Shown here: positions 37,190-49,295 of the stretch, in pieces
Layout: each line of letters begins with the position of its first letter
How positions within the stretch are numbered: position 1 is the stretch's first letter
NCBI GenBank assembly: GCA_963733295.1
Contig: CAVTCS010000003.1
Location: forward strand, 2,336,001-2,400,000
From: Vulcanimicrobiota bacterium
GTDB lineage: Bacteria > Vulcanimicrobiota > Vulcanimicrobiia > Vulcanimicrobiales > Vulcanimicrobiaceae
Reading direction: 5' to 3'
Length of the DNA stretch: 64,000 nucleotides
Program-made: the position numbers and the translations under genes
Notes under the pieces: model-generated
The model's database searches: none
Seen by the model: the letters and a program-made list of their open reading frames with translations, nothing else
What the model was told of the DNA's origin: nothing

Positions 37190-38394
37190 ACGGAGATCGC
37201 TTCCCCGCGGTGATGGCGGCAGCCGCACACGGACGAATCCTCCTCGACAACGCCGCGGGAACGCAACTTCCGGACACGGCGCTGGAACGCATTCAGCGCT
37301 ACCTCGCTTACGACAACGCGCAAAAGGGATCCATCTTTGCGCGCACCGAGTCGACGACGGCGATGGTCGATCAGGCGAAAGCCGAGTTCGCGGCGCTCGT
37401 CGGCGCCCCGCCGGCACAAGTGGGGATCGGAGCCAACGCAACCTCCGTCGCACTCGCCTTTTCGCGCATCATCGCGAGCTCGATTCAAAAGGGCGACCGC
37501 ATTGTCGTGACGGCCGCCGACCACGAAGCGAACATCGCACCCTGGATCTGGCTGCGCCGTTTTGGCGCACAGATCGACGTCGTACCGGTCGACGCTCACG
37601 GCGACCTGGACGAAACGCGCTTGGCGGCGTACTTGCTGCGCGCGCCGGTGCTGGTCGCGCTTCCCTGGGCCTCGAACGTGACGGGCACCGTCTTCGACGT
37701 CGTACGTTACGCGCAAGCCGCCAAACGCGCCGGTGCGACCGTCGTCGTCGACGCGGTGCAGGCGTTTCCTCACTTTCCGCTCGAACTCGACCCGGCGATC
37801 GATCTCGCGTTTTTCTCCGCCTACAAGATCTACGCGCCGCACGCGGGTTTCTGGTACGCGAGCCGCAGAGTCTTCGACCGTTACGTTCGCGCCGACGACG
37901 CGATGGTACCCGGAAGCGATGCGCGCTACTGGACGCTCGAAACCGGAACGCAAAGCTACGAGGCGATGGCCGGCTGGCTCGGCACCCTCGACTACTTCCG
38001 CGCGGTCGCAGCGACGCCGCGGTTCGCACTAGAGACGATCGCGCGTTACGAACGCGAGCTCTGCGCGTACGCCGGCGCGAAATTCGCCGATCGGGCAGGC
38101 GACGTCCGCCTCTACGGCCGGCCACCCGGAGCGGAGCGCCTCCCGGTGTACGCGTTTACGATCGCGTCGCTGTCGAGCGACGAACTGGCGCAGCGCTTCG
38201 AACGCGCGAACATCGAGGCGCGCGTCGGCGACTTCTATTCGCCGCGCCTGATGCAGGCGCTGGCTCCCGAGGGCGGGGGCCGTGCCGTCCGCTTGAGCTT
38301 CGCTCACTATAATACCAGCGACGACGTCGACCGCTGCTTCGACGTCATCGACGCGGCGGTCGGGCACGCCGGCGTAGAATCGCTCAAAGTTTGA
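37186..38394 (+). CDS. Class V aminotransferase / cysteine desulfurase-like protein
   Basis: LDNAAGTQ, DHEANIAPW, ASNVTG, VDAVQ, FSAYK (PLP lysine) and VRLSFAHYNT. Confidence 0.85.
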   Translation: MNGDRFPAVMAAAAHGRILLDNAAGTQLPDTALERIQRYLAYDNAQKGSIFARTESTTAMVDQAKAEFAALVGAPPAQVGIGANATSVALAFSRIIASSIQKGDRIVVTAADHEANIAPWIWLRRFGAQIDVVPVDAHGDLDETRLAAYLLRAPVLVALPWASNVTGTVFDVVRYAQAAKRAGATVVVDAVQAFPHFPLELDPAIDLAFFSAYKIYAPHAGFWYASRRVFDRYVRADDAMVPGSDARYWTLETGTQSYEAMAGWLGTLDYFRAVAATPRFALETIARYERELCAYAGAKFADRAGDVRLYGRPPGAERLPVYAFTIASLSSDELAQRFERANIEARVGDFYSPRLMQALAPEGGGRAVRLSFAHYNTSDDVDRCFDVIDAAVGHAGVESLKV

Positions 38395-39146
38395 AGGATA
38401 TCGACTCGATCGGACGCTTCTCGGTGCGCGCGGACGACTACGCGAAGTTTCGTCCATCCTATCCGCCGGCGGCCATCGATGCGATTCTCGAGGGTCTGGG
38501 CGAGGCAGCGGCCCTCGATATCGTCGACATCGGTGCGGGCACCGGAATCTCGCTGCGCTTGCTGGGCGAACGTGGTTGTCGCGCAATCGGCATCGAACCG
38601 GGACACGAAATGCGCGAACGGGCCGAAGCCGCGGGACTCGATGTCCGCGAGGGAACCGCCTCGAACACGGGCTTGCCGCCGGAGTCTTGCGACATCGTCA
38701 CCGCCTTTCAAGCTTTTCATTGGTTTGCAAACGACGAAGCCGTCGCGGAACTCTCCCGGATCTTGCGTCCCGGCGGACGGTTGGCGCTGGTCTGGAATCA
38801 CTTCGATCGAAGCGATCCGTTCAGCGAAGAGTTCTCCGCTCTCCACGAGCGTTACGGTGAGGCGGCGATGATCGCGGCTCTCGGTGTCGACGCGAAGAAG
38901 ATCGAGGACGTCGTCCGTCGAGGCGGTTTTCGCGACGGACGGCGGCTGACGTTTCGGTGGAAACTCGACTGCGATTTGGATGCGCTTGCCGGCCGCCTGC
39001 GCAGTTCGTCTTCGACTCCGCGCGCGGGCGAACGCTACGAGTCGATGCTCGACGAACTCGCCACGATTCATTCGCGGTTTGCGCGGGCCGGCGGACTCGT
39101 CAGCGTGGCTTACTATGCCGGCGTCTACTTGAGCGAGAAGCCGTGA
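38391..39146 (+). CDS. Class I SAM-dependent methyltransferase
   Basis: Y.KFRPSYP, DIGAGTG, QAFHWF and RILRPGG.LALVWN. Confidence 0.9.
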   Translation: MKDIDSIGRFSVRADDYAKFRPSYPPAAIDAILEGLGEAAALDIVDIGAGTGISLRLLGERGCRAIGIEPGHEMRERAEAAGLDVREGTASNTGLPPESCDIVTAFQAFHWFANDEAVAELSRILRPGGRLALVWNHFDRSDPFSEEFSALHERYGEAAMIAALGVDAKKIEDVVRRGGFRDGRRLTFRWKLDCDLDALAGRLRSSSSTPRAGERYESMLDELATIHSRFARAGGLVSVAYYAGVYLSEKP

Positions 39147-40321
39147 CGCTGGCCGTCAAGTTTGGAACCCTTCATCATAATACCGGCGGCGAGCCCCACC
39201 GGAACGGCGTTCTCGTTATCGAGGGCGAGCGTATCGCTTCCATCGGCGGCGACGTGCCGTCCGGCGCGCACGTGGTCGAAGCGGCCTGCGTCGTTCCCGG
39301 GCTGATCAATTGTCACGCGCACCTCGAGCTGGACGGCGGCACCGACACGATGACGCTCACCGTGTTGACGACACCGACGCAACGCGCGTACGTCGCGGCG
39401 GGCAACGCGCGCAAGACGCTCGAGTCCGGCGTCACGACGATCCGCGAGCCGGGTGGTTCGGAGAATCTCTCGATCGATTTGCGCGATTCGATTGCCGCCG
39501 GTGCTTCGGCCGGTCCCACGATCGTCGCGGCCGGACGGCCGATCTGTATGACCGGCGGCCACGGCTGGCAATTGGGCGGCCGCGAAGCCGACGGACCGTG
39601 GGACGTGCGCACTGCCGTACGCGAGCAGCGCAAAGCCGGCGCCGACTGCATCAAATTCATCGCGACCGGCGGCGTCCTCACGAAGGGAGCGGTTCCCGGC
39701 ATCGACCAGCTCTCCGAAGACGAGCTGCGGGCCGGCATCGAGGAGGCGCACAAGCATGGAATGCGCTGCGCGGCGCACGCGATCGGAACGAGCGGCATCA
39801 AGAACGCGATCCGCGCCGGCGTCGATTCGATCGAGCACGGACACCTCATCGACGACGAAGGCATCGCTTTGGCTCTCGAACGCGGGACCTACATCGTGCC
39901 GACGCTGGCCGCGATCCGCTGCATCGTCGATGCCGGCGCCGACGCAGGCTTACCCGACTTCGTTCTCCGCAAAGCGCGCGAAATCGCCGAGCACGCCGAA
40001 GGGAATCTGCGCCGAGCGCGTGCGGCGGGGGTCCGCTTCGCCGGCGGCTCGGATGCCGGCACGCCGTTCAACTACCACGAGAACTACGCGTTCGAACTCG
40101 AGCTGATGCAGGCGATGCTCGGGATGGGCGCGCGGGAAGCGCTGTTCGCGGCGACCGCCATGGCAGCCGACCTCATTGGCCTCGATCGGGGCCGGCTGCG
40201 AGCCGGGGCGGCGGCCGATTTGGTGCTTCTGGATCGCGATATCGAGGCCGATTCCCGGGCGTTTCGGGAGCCTCGCGCCGTCTTTCGAGGGGGGCGGGAA
40301 GCCCTTGGAAAGCTGCCCTAG
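39143..40321 (+). CDS. Metal-dependent amidohydrolase (Xaa-Pro dipeptidase-like)
   Basis: PGLINCHAH, GVTTIRE, IKFIATGG, AAHA, SIEHG and GSDAG. Confidence 0.88.
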   Translation: MTLAVKFGTLHHNTGGEPHRNGVLVIEGERIASIGGDVPSGAHVVEAACVVPGLINCHAHLELDGGTDTMTLTVLTTPTQRAYVAAGNARKTLESGVTTIREPGGSENLSIDLRDSIAAGASAGPTIVAAGRPICMTGGHGWQLGGREADGPWDVRTAVREQRKAGADCIKFIATGGVLTKGAVPGIDQLSEDELRAGIEEAHKHGMRCAAHAIGTSGIKNAIRAGVDSIEHGHLIDDEGIALALERGTYIVPTLAAIRCIVDAGADAGLPDFVLRKAREIAEHAEGNLRRARAAGVRFAGGSDAGTPFNYHENYAFELELMQAMLGMGAREALFAATAMAADLIGLDRGRLRAGAAADLVLLDRDIEADSRAFREPRAVFRGGREALGKLP

Positions 40322-40436
40322 GGCCGCCTAGCGGTGGCATGCCCGCTCGGCGTTCGATCACCCTTCGCTCTTGTTAGAAGGGCAGGACGGCCGGCAGGGG
40401 TAAGGCACGAAGTCCTTCAGTTCTTAAGGGCAGGTC

Positions 40437-42041
40437 ATGGATCCGACGTCGTCCTTCGTCACGGTCGTCATGGTCACGCTTCTGACCGGCGTCGTGACCT
40501 GGTTTTTCTTCCGTAGCAAAATCGACGGAATGAACGCCCAAATCGTCGCGCGCGAGGGCGAGTTGGTTCAAGCTCGCAGCGCGCTGACGCAGGCGACCGA
40601 GAACAACACCGATTTACAGACGCAGCTCCTGGCGGCGCGCACCGAGCAAGCGGGGCTTGCGGAACGTCTGAAGGCCGAGCGCGAATCGTTCGAGCGCGAG
40701 CAGACTTCATTCGAAGCGGCCAAGGCCTCCCTTGTCGACACGTTCCGTTCGGTCGGCGCCGAAGTTCTCGACAGCAATTCGGCCAAGCTGGCCGAAATCG
40801 CGAAGGGCGTATTGGAACGCGAAAACGCCGATACGAAAGGTTCGCTCGAGCAGCGCGATCAGGCGATCGCCGACATCGTCGGACCGGTGAAGGAACAACT
40901 CGAGAAACTCCACGCCGCGGTCGGCGAGATCGAGCGCAAGCGTGAGGGCGCGTACGACGACGTAACGAGTAAGCTCGAATCGTTGATCCGGACCGAAACC
41001 GAGTTGCAGAAAGAGACCACGAACCTCTCGGCCAACACTGCGACCCTTTTGCAAGCTCTCAAAGGTTCGGGCAGCCGCGGCCGCTGGGGCGAGTTCACGT
41101 TGCAGCGCGTCGTCGAGATGGCCGGCATGACCGAGCACTGCGAGTTCGACGTTCAGCCGGCGCAGAACGACGACGACGGCAACAGCGGACCCGACATGAT
41201 CGTGCATTTACCGGGCGGCAGCTACGTCGTGATCGACGCGAAGGTTCCGATGGCCGCGTACATCGACGCGATGGAGGCGGGCGATGAAGTAACGCGCAAC
41301 CTCAAGAGCAAAGAGCACGCGCGCGGCGTTCGCGCGCACGTCGACGCGCTCGCGAAACGCAGCTATATCCGCCCGGATCTGGGATCGCCCGACTTCGTCA
41401 TCATGTTCGTTCCAGGTGAAGGCATCTTGAGCGGCGCTTTTAACGAAGATTCGGACCTGCTCGAATACGCTTACACGCACAAAGTCATCTTCGCCACGCC
41501 CACAAATCTGATCGCCATGCTGCGCACGATCGCGCTCTCGTGGCAGCACCGCGCGCTCCAAGAGGATGCCGCCGAAATCGCGCGCGAGGGCGGCGAACTC
41601 TACGGCCGCCTGGTGGAGTGCGGAAAGTACATCGCGGAGGTGGGCGGCAACCTCAACCGCACGGTTGCGGCGTACAACGACATGGTCGGGAATCTCGAAG
41701 GTCGCGTCATGATCTCGGGCCGGCGTCTGCACGACCGCGCGATCAGTCTCAAGCGCGGCGAAGAAATCCCCGAAGGGCAGCCGCTCGAGACGACGGCGCG
41801 GCCGCTGAGCGCTCCCGAGTTTCTCTCGCTCGAGTCCGGCGACCACGCGGAAGCCACCGCCCTGAATTCCGGCGCGCACGAGTCGAACGGCAGCACCCGG
41901 CACGAATCGAACGGATCTTCGAACGGGTCGAGCCGCAACGGCAGCGCCAGGAGCACCAACGGAAAGCACGATCGTCCGAACGGTCCTCGCGACGTCGCCG
42001 TTTCGGCGCTGCTGAACGTTCTCGGGTTGCTGCGCAAGTAA
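40437..42041 (+). CDS. rmuC: DNA recombination protein RmuC
   Basis: N-terminal TM and coiled coil; RGRWGEFTL, PDMIVHLP, IDAKVP, PDFVIMFVP and ATPTNL. Confidence 0.92.
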   Translation: MDPTSSFVTVVMVTLLTGVVTWFFFRSKIDGMNAQIVAREGELVQARSALTQATENNTDLQTQLLAARTEQAGLAERLKAERESFEREQTSFEAAKASLVDTFRSVGAEVLDSNSAKLAEIAKGVLERENADTKGSLEQRDQAIADIVGPVKEQLEKLHAAVGEIERKREGAYDDVTSKLESLIRTETELQKETTNLSANTATLLQALKGSGSRGRWGEFTLQRVVEMAGMTEHCEFDVQPAQNDDDGNSGPDMIVHLPGGSYVVIDAKVPMAAYIDAMEAGDEVTRNLKSKEHARGVRAHVDALAKRSYIRPDLGSPDFVIMFVPGEGILSGAFNEDSDLLEYAYTHKVIFATPTNLIAMLRTIALSWQHRALQEDAAEIAREGGELYGRLVECGKYIAEVGGNLNRTVAAYNDMVGNLEGRVMISGRRLHDRAISLKRGEEIPEGQPLETTARPLSAPEFLSLESGDHAEATALNSGAHESNGSTRHESNGSSNGSSRNGSARSTNGKHDRPNGPRDVAVSALLNVLGLLRK

Positions 42042-42066
42042 TCTGCCGCGCCGCGGCGATACCGGG

Positions 42067-43224
42067 ATGACCGACCTTCGCGGACTCCGGCTAGCTTTGC
42101 TCGGGTCCATCGCTTTTCCGACGCCGCCGCCGGGATACGGGCCTTGGGAACAGATGGCGAGCAATCTCGCCGAGGGGATGCACGCGCGCGGTCTCGACGT
42201 GACGCTCTTTGCGACTGGAAACTCGCACACGCGAGCCCGTCTCGCGTCGGTAGTCCCGCTCGGATTGAACGAGGATCGGGCGCAGAACGGCGAGGTCGCA
42301 ACCGCTCTGCACATCGCCAACCTGTTCGCGCGTGCCGGCGAGTTCGATTTGATCCATAACAACTTCGACTGGAAACCGCTCACCTACGCGCTCGCCACCC
42401 GGAAACCCCCGCTCCTGACGACGATTCACGGTTTCTCGAGTCCGCCGATTCTCGGCGCATACTACGCAGCGGCGGGACGCAGCTTCTACTGCTCGATCAG
42501 CGATGCCGACCGCGATCCGGGCCTGGACTATCTCGCGACGACGTACAACGGAATCGATCCGGGTGAATTCACCTTCGTCGACCGTCCCGGCGAATATCTG
42601 GTGTTTCTCGGTCGCTTCCATCCGGAGAAGGGCACGCATCTCGCGATCGAGATCGCAAAACGCGCAGGCGTCCGCTTGAAGATCGCGGCGATTCCCCAGG
42701 ACGTCGAGTATTTCCGGACCGAGGTCGAGCCGCACATCGACGGCGACCGGGTCCAGTTTCTCGGCCAAGTCGAACGCGCTGCGCGCAACGAGTTGCTCGG
42801 CGGCGCGCTCGCGCTCGTGCACATGGTGACGCGTCCCGAACGCTTCGGTCTGACCCTCGTCGAGGCAATGGCGTGCGGCACGCCGGTCCTCGGCGCGAAC
42901 CTCGGATCGGTTCCCGAGATCGTCGTCGACGGCGTGACCGGGTTCGTTTGCGACTCGGTGGACGATGCCGTGCGCCGGGTGCCGCAACTCGCGACGCTCT
43001 CGCGTCGCGCTTGCCGCGCGCGCGTCGAGTCGACGTTCTCGCTCGAGCGCATGATCGAGCGTTATCTCGACGCGTATCGCGAAGCGCTGCGCCTCGGAAC
43101 GCCGTCCGCCCCGAGCCCCGAACGTCTTGTCGCGCGCGCGCACGATTGGTGGGACCGTCCGATGGCTTTCACTGAAATCCCGCCGAAGCCGCGCGGACCG
43201 CTCGGGCTTCCTTTCGAGCGATAG
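42067..43224 (+). CDS. Glycosyltransferase family 4
   Basis: PPPGYGPWE, GRFHPEKG and ERFGLTLVEAMACGTPV. Confidence 0.92.
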   Translation: MTDLRGLRLALLGSIAFPTPPPGYGPWEQMASNLAEGMHARGLDVTLFATGNSHTRARLASVVPLGLNEDRAQNGEVATALHIANLFARAGEFDLIHNNFDWKPLTYALATRKPPLLTTIHGFSSPPILGAYYAAAGRSFYCSISDADRDPGLDYLATTYNGIDPGEFTFVDRPGEYLVFLGRFHPEKGTHLAIEIAKRAGVRLKIAAIPQDVEYFRTEVEPHIDGDRVQFLGQVERAARNELLGGALALVHMVTRPERFGLTLVEAMACGTPVLGANLGSVPEIVVDGVTGFVCDSVDDAVRRVPQLATLSRRACRARVESTFSLERMIERYLDAYREALRLGTPSAPSPERLVARAHDWWDRPMAFTEIPPKPRGPLGLPFER

Positions 43225-43257
43225 GCTGCCGCCGGAAGCGGCGCGAAGCCTTCTTTC

Positions 43258-44343
43258 GTGTCGTCGCTCAGCCTGCGCTCGGTGTACAAGGTCTTCGGCG
43301 ATCAGACGGTCGTCAAAGACGTCAATATCGAGGTCGCCGACCGCGAGTTCCTCGTGCTGGTCGGTCCGTCCGGTTGCGGCAAAACGACGACGCTGCGGAT
43401 GATCGCCGGACTCGAGGATATCTCGAGCGGGGAAATCTATATCCGCGACCGTCTCGTCAATAACGTCGAACCGAAGGACCGCGATATCGCGATGGTCTTT
43501 CAAAACTACGCGCTCTACCCGCATATGAACGTCTACGACAACATGGCGTTCGGATTGAAGATGCGGCACGTGACGCGAACCGAAATCGACCGGCGGGTCA
43601 AGGAAGCTGCGGAGATTCTCGGCATCGGAGAGCTGCTCGAGCGAAAGCCGAAAGAGATGTCCGGAGGTCAGCGGCAACGGGTTGCACTCGGGCGCGCAAT
43701 CGTGCGCAATCCCGCCGCCTTCTTGATGGACGAGCCGCTTTCGAATTTGGACGCGCAACTGCGCGTTCAGACGCGCACCGAGATCGTGAAGCTGCACAAG
43801 CGCGTCGCGACGACGATCGTCTACGTCACGCACGATCAAGTCGAGGCGATGACGATGGGCGACCGGATCGTCGTGATGAAGGACGGCGAGATCCAGCAGA
43901 TCGACACTCCCAAGCGCCTCTACGACGCACCGAAGAATACGTTCGTCGCGGGCTTCATCGGCTCGCCCTCGATCAGCTTCCTGAACTGCCGCGCACGGCG
44001 CGACGGCGAACGGACCTTCCTCGAATCGCCCAATTTCTCGCTCGAACTGCCGCCCGGCGGCCGCGCCGCACTGAACGGAGCCGCACAAGCTTTGAGCCTC
44101 GGCGTGCGTCCTGAAGACGTGCGCATCGCGACCGGCGCGCAGAACGGTACGATCGCGACGACCGTCGACATCGTCGAGCCGCTCGGACCCGAGCAAATCC
44201 TCTATCTGCTGGCGGGCGACCAAAAGCTGACCGCGCGCGCGCCCTCGGAACTCGAAGTGCGGGCGGGACAAAAGCTCGACGTAGCGCTGAACCTCGAGCG
44301 CATTCACGTCTTCGATTCGCAGAGCGGCGCTGCGTACTGCTAG
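43258..44343 (+). CDS. Sugar ABC transporter ATP-binding protein (MalK/UgpC type)
   Basis: GPSGCGKT, MVFQNYALYPHM, MSGGQRQR, DEPLSNLD and a TOBE C-terminus. Confidence 0.95.
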   Translation: MSSLSLRSVYKVFGDQTVVKDVNIEVADREFLVLVGPSGCGKTTTLRMIAGLEDISSGEIYIRDRLVNNVEPKDRDIAMVFQNYALYPHMNVYDNMAFGLKMRHVTRTEIDRRVKEAAEILGIGELLERKPKEMSGGQRQRVALGRAIVRNPAAFLMDEPLSNLDAQLRVQTRTEIVKLHKRVATTIVYVTHDQVEAMTMGDRIVVMKDGEIQQIDTPKRLYDAPKNTFVAGFIGSPSISFLNCRARRDGERTFLESPNFSLELPPGGRAALNGAAQALSLGVRPEDVRIATGAQNGTIATTVDIVEPLGPEQILYLLAGDQKLTARAPSELEVRAGQKLDVALNLERIHVFDSQSGAAYC

Positions 44344-44367
44344 CGCACGAGGCTCGCCCCGCCGGCG

Positions 44368-45216
44368 TCAGCCCTTGACGGCGCCGGCCGTAAGACCGCT
44401 GACGAACTGGTCGACGAAAAACGAGTAGAGGAGCGCGACGGGAACCGAGCCTAGCAGCGCGCCCGCCATCAGTTCGCCCCAAAAGAAGACGTCGCCGCGC
44501 ACCAGTTCGGACGGTACGCCGATCGGAATCGTCTTCATCGCGCCGTCGCTAATAAAGACGAGCGCATAGATGTACTCGTTCCAACTCAGCGTGAACGCGA
44601 AGATCCCGGCGCTCAGGATGCCGGGAACCGCCAGCGGCAAGATAAGCCGAAACATCGCTTGCAAGCGGCTGCAGCCGTCGACGAGTCCGGACTCTTCGAG
44701 CTCCCGCGGAATGCTCTTGAAATAACCCATCAGCATCCAGGTGCAGAACGGAATGAGGAAGGTCGGGTAGACGAGGATCAGACCGAGCAGCGAGCCGAGG
44801 AGGTGAAATTTCACGACGACCGCGGTGAGGGGCAAAAACAGCAACGTCTGAGGTACGAGATAGGTCACGAAGAACGTCCAACCCAGCACGCCGGCGCCGC
44901 GATAACGCAGGCGCGCGAGCGAGTAGCCGGCGAGGATCGAACAAGCCAGCGAGATCGCCGTGCTCGCCGCCGCGACGATCGTCGAATTCACGAGCCATTG
45001 CAGAAAGTGCGTCTGCGTGAAGAGGAATCCGAAGTGCGCGAACGTGATGCCGTGCCAGGCGAACGGGTTGCCCGTCGCGTCGTAGAGATCCTTATCGGGT
45101 TTGAGTGCGGATACGAACATCCAGTAGAACGGGAAGAGCGTGAAGACGAGAGCGACGAGTACGCTTGCGACCGCCACGATTTTCCGGCCCGTTCTCAGTC
45201 GCGGTGCAGCAACCAC
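44368..45216 (-). CDS. Carbohydrate ABC permease (MalG type)
   Basis: FPFYWM, IPRELEESGLVDG and SWNEY. GTG 45216 follows GGAG. Confidence 0.9.
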   Translation of the reverse strand: MVAAPRLRTGRKIVAVASVLVALVFTLFPFYWMFVSALKPDKDLYDATGNPFAWHGITFAHFGFLFTQTHFLQWLVNSTIVAAASTAISLACSILAGYSLARLRYRGAGVLGWTFFVTYLVPQTLLFLPLTAVVVKFHLLGSLLGLILVYPTFLIPFCTWMLMGYFKSIPRELEESGLVDGCSRLQAMFRLILPLAVPGILSAGIFAFTLSWNEYIYALVFISDGAMKTIPIGVPSELVRGDVFFWGELMAGALLGSVPVALLYSFFVDQFVSGLTAGAVKG

Positions 45217-46109
45217 AGAATCACTCCAATGGAAACGCACAGTACCGGGAACATGAACAGCGAAATCGCTGCGCCGATGCCGATATCGGTGCCCTGAATG
45301 CCGACGACGTACGCGTACGTGCTGAGCACGTGCGTTTGATTGACCGGTCCGCCTTTGGTCAAGATCCAAATGACCTGGAAATCGGCAAAGGTCATGATGA
45401 TCGAGAGCAGCGTCGTGATCAAAATGACGGGGCGGATCGTCGGAACCGTGACGTGGAGCCAGCGCCGCCAAGGCCCCGCGCCGTCGACGACCGCAGCCTC
45501 GTAGAGCTCGGCCGGCACCATCTGCATCGCGGCGAGCAGCGAAACGCCGAAGAACGGAGTGCCGCGCCAGATGTTGACCGTCATCAGCGAAATCATCGGC
45601 CAAGGGTATTGGCCGAGCCATGCGGGCCCGGTCACCCCAATCCACGAAAGCATTCGATTGAAAACGCTGAAGGTCGAATCGAACATCCAGAGCCAGGCCA
45701 ACGTCGAAAGCACCGTCGGGATGATCCAAGGCAAGAGCATGGCGGCGCGCGTGAAGCGATTGAAGCGAAATTCGATGTGGAGTACCGCGGCCAGCGCCAG
45801 CCCGAGCGTCAACTTGAAGAAGACGGTCACGAAGGTGTATTCCATCGTGTTGCCCAGCGCTTGCGTGAAGATCGGGTCGCGCAGGATGTACGCGAAATTC
45901 GCGAGAGCGATGAAATGGCCGAGGTGCCCGATCGTGGAGTCCGTCAGCGCCAGCCACAGTCCGAACGCGAACGGGTAAGCCACGAAGACGATGAGGATCG
46001 CAAGCGCCGGCAGCAGCAGCGCGTAGCCGAGCGGCGCCTCGCGATTCAGCAGGCGCCCGAGCGCGAATTCGCGCGATGGTTTGAGCGAACTCTCGGCGGA
46101 AGCGGCCAA
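45195..46109 (-). CDS. Carbohydrate ABC permease (MalF type)
   Basis: LLPWIIP, ELYEAAVVDGA and LTKGGP. TTG 46109 follows GAAAGG (estimated start). Confidence 0.9.
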   Translation of the reverse strand: MAASAESSLKPSREFALGRLLNREAPLGYALLLPALAILIVFVAYPFAFGLWLALTDSTIGHLGHFIALANFAYILRDPIFTQALGNTMEYTFVTVFFKLTLGLALAAVLHIEFRFNRFTRAAMLLPWIIPTVLSTLAWLWMFDSTFSVFNRMLSWIGVTGPAWLGQYPWPMISLMTVNIWRGTPFFGVSLLAAMQMVPAELYEAAVVDGAGPWRRWLHVTVPTIRPVILITTLLSIIMTFADFQVIWILTKGGPVNQTHVLSTYAYVVGIQGTDIGIGAAISLFMFPVLCVSIGVILWLLHRD

Positions 46110-46214
46110 TGCCGGCCTTTCGTCTGCGATAAAGCTGCGCCGTCGGCTTGCGGCGTGCGGGAGAAAGTTTCCTTCCGTTCTAAACAACGCGCATGCAGGT
46201 GGTGGCGAGAGCAT

Positions 46215-47915
<1,701 letters not shown>

Positions 47916-47927
47916 GAGGAGCGCTTC

Positions 47928-49220
47928 ATGAAACGATCGAGCTTCGTCCAAGGAGTTGCCGCCGGCACCGCGTCCGCCGGTCTCGGAGCTTCCGCCGCCG
48001 TCGCGGCTCCCAACCTGAACTCCGGCGGAACCCTAACGATGATGCAGTACCCGAACTACAACCCCAAGGGTGACGTTAAGCTCAAAGAGCTGCTCGCGCG
48101 TTGGGGCAAGGCCAATCCCGGCTGGAGCGCCGAGATCCAATTCGTTCCCGATCAAGACATGCTCGCCAAGACTTCGGCGCTCGTGCAAGCAGGTTCGGGC
48201 CCGGACATCATTCAGATGAAGTACAACCTGCCCTGGCTCTTCGCGGATTTCTGCGACGACGTGAGCGACGTCGTGGAGAAGATCGAAAAGAAAAACGGGC
48301 CGTTCTATGCGTCGATCGTCGCGAATTCACGCGTCAACGGCGTCTTCCGCACGGTGCCCTGGTATTATACGCCGGCCGCCTTCCACTACCGCACCGACCT
48401 TTGGTCGCAGGTCGGCAAGCCGCAGTTCGTCGCGACGCTCGACGAGCTCTACACGTACGGCAAGAAGGTCAAAGAAGTCACCGGGATTCCAGTCGGCGAG
48501 GCGCTCGGTCACGCCAACGGTGACGCCAACACGTTCTGGTACGGTGTGATGTGGGGTTACGGCGGACAAGAGGTCAAGAAAGACGGCAAGACGATCGCGA
48601 TCAACAGCCCGGAAACGTTGGCGGCGCTCGAGTGGGCGATCAAGATGTGGCAAGACAAGGTGTTGGACCCTAGCGTCTACTCGTGGGACGACTCCTCGAA
48701 CAACCGCGCGTATCTCGCGAAAACGATCTCGTGCACAGAGAATGCTGCCAGCATCTACCTCGTTGCGGCCGATCGCGACCCCGAACTTGCGAACAAGACC
48801 GGCACCTGCTTGCGTCCCGCCGGACCGAAAGCGCGAACGATGCTGCAAGTGAACCTCGGCATGTCCGTGATGAAATGGACCAAAGACCCAGGCGCGGCCA
48901 AGAGTCTCATCGAGTTCTTGATGGACCGGCAAAACTACATCGAGTGGCTCACCTTCAGCGGCCTCGGTGCCTATCCGGGCGCCGCGCTCGATCAACTCTC
49001 GCTCTGGCACGACCGGCCCAAGCTCAAGCCCTTCAACGATTCCGTAAAGTTCGGTCGCTGGCCGGGCTGGCCCGGCGATCCCAACAAGCAGTCGTCCGAG
49101 GCGGTCGCACGTTTCGTCGTCGTCGACATGTTCGCCAAAGCCTGCCAGACCGGCGACGCCAAGTCCGCGCTCTCGGAAGCCGAGCGTCAGCTGACGTCGA
49201 TCTATACGAAGCCAGGTTAG
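47928..49220 (+). CDS. ABC transporter substrate-binding protein (family 1) with a Tat-like signal
   Basis: MKRSSF signal, GPDI, VPWY, YRTDL and WDDSSNNRAY; GAGGAG ribosome-binding site. Confidence 0.88.
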   Translation: MKRSSFVQGVAAGTASAGLGASAAVAAPNLNSGGTLTMMQYPNYNPKGDVKLKELLARWGKANPGWSAEIQFVPDQDMLAKTSALVQAGSGPDIIQMKYNLPWLFADFCDDVSDVVEKIEKKNGPFYASIVANSRVNGVFRTVPWYYTPAAFHYRTDLWSQVGKPQFVATLDELYTYGKKVKEVTGIPVGEALGHANGDANTFWYGVMWGYGGQEVKKDGKTIAINSPETLAALEWAIKMWQDKVLDPSVYSWDDSSNNRAYLAKTISCTENAASIYLVAADRDPELANKTGTCLRPAGPKARTMLQVNLGMSVMKWTKDPGAAKSLIEFLMDRQNYIEWLTFSGLGAYPGAALDQLSLWHDRPKLKPFNDSVKFGRWPGWPGDPNKQSSEAVARFVVVDMFAKACQTGDAKSALSEAERQLTSIYTKPG

Positions 49221-49295
49221 CGCGCTACGGTCGCACCCTCGATCTTTTTCACGAGTGACGCGGCCCGGGCTCTTGAGGCCGGGCGAGACTTTCTC

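Noticed and set aside
40322..40436. Repeated AAGGGCAGG and alternative hairpins upstream of rmuC
   Set aside because: The stems are short, I recognise no riboswitch consensus, and the last copy is probably just the ribosome-binding region.
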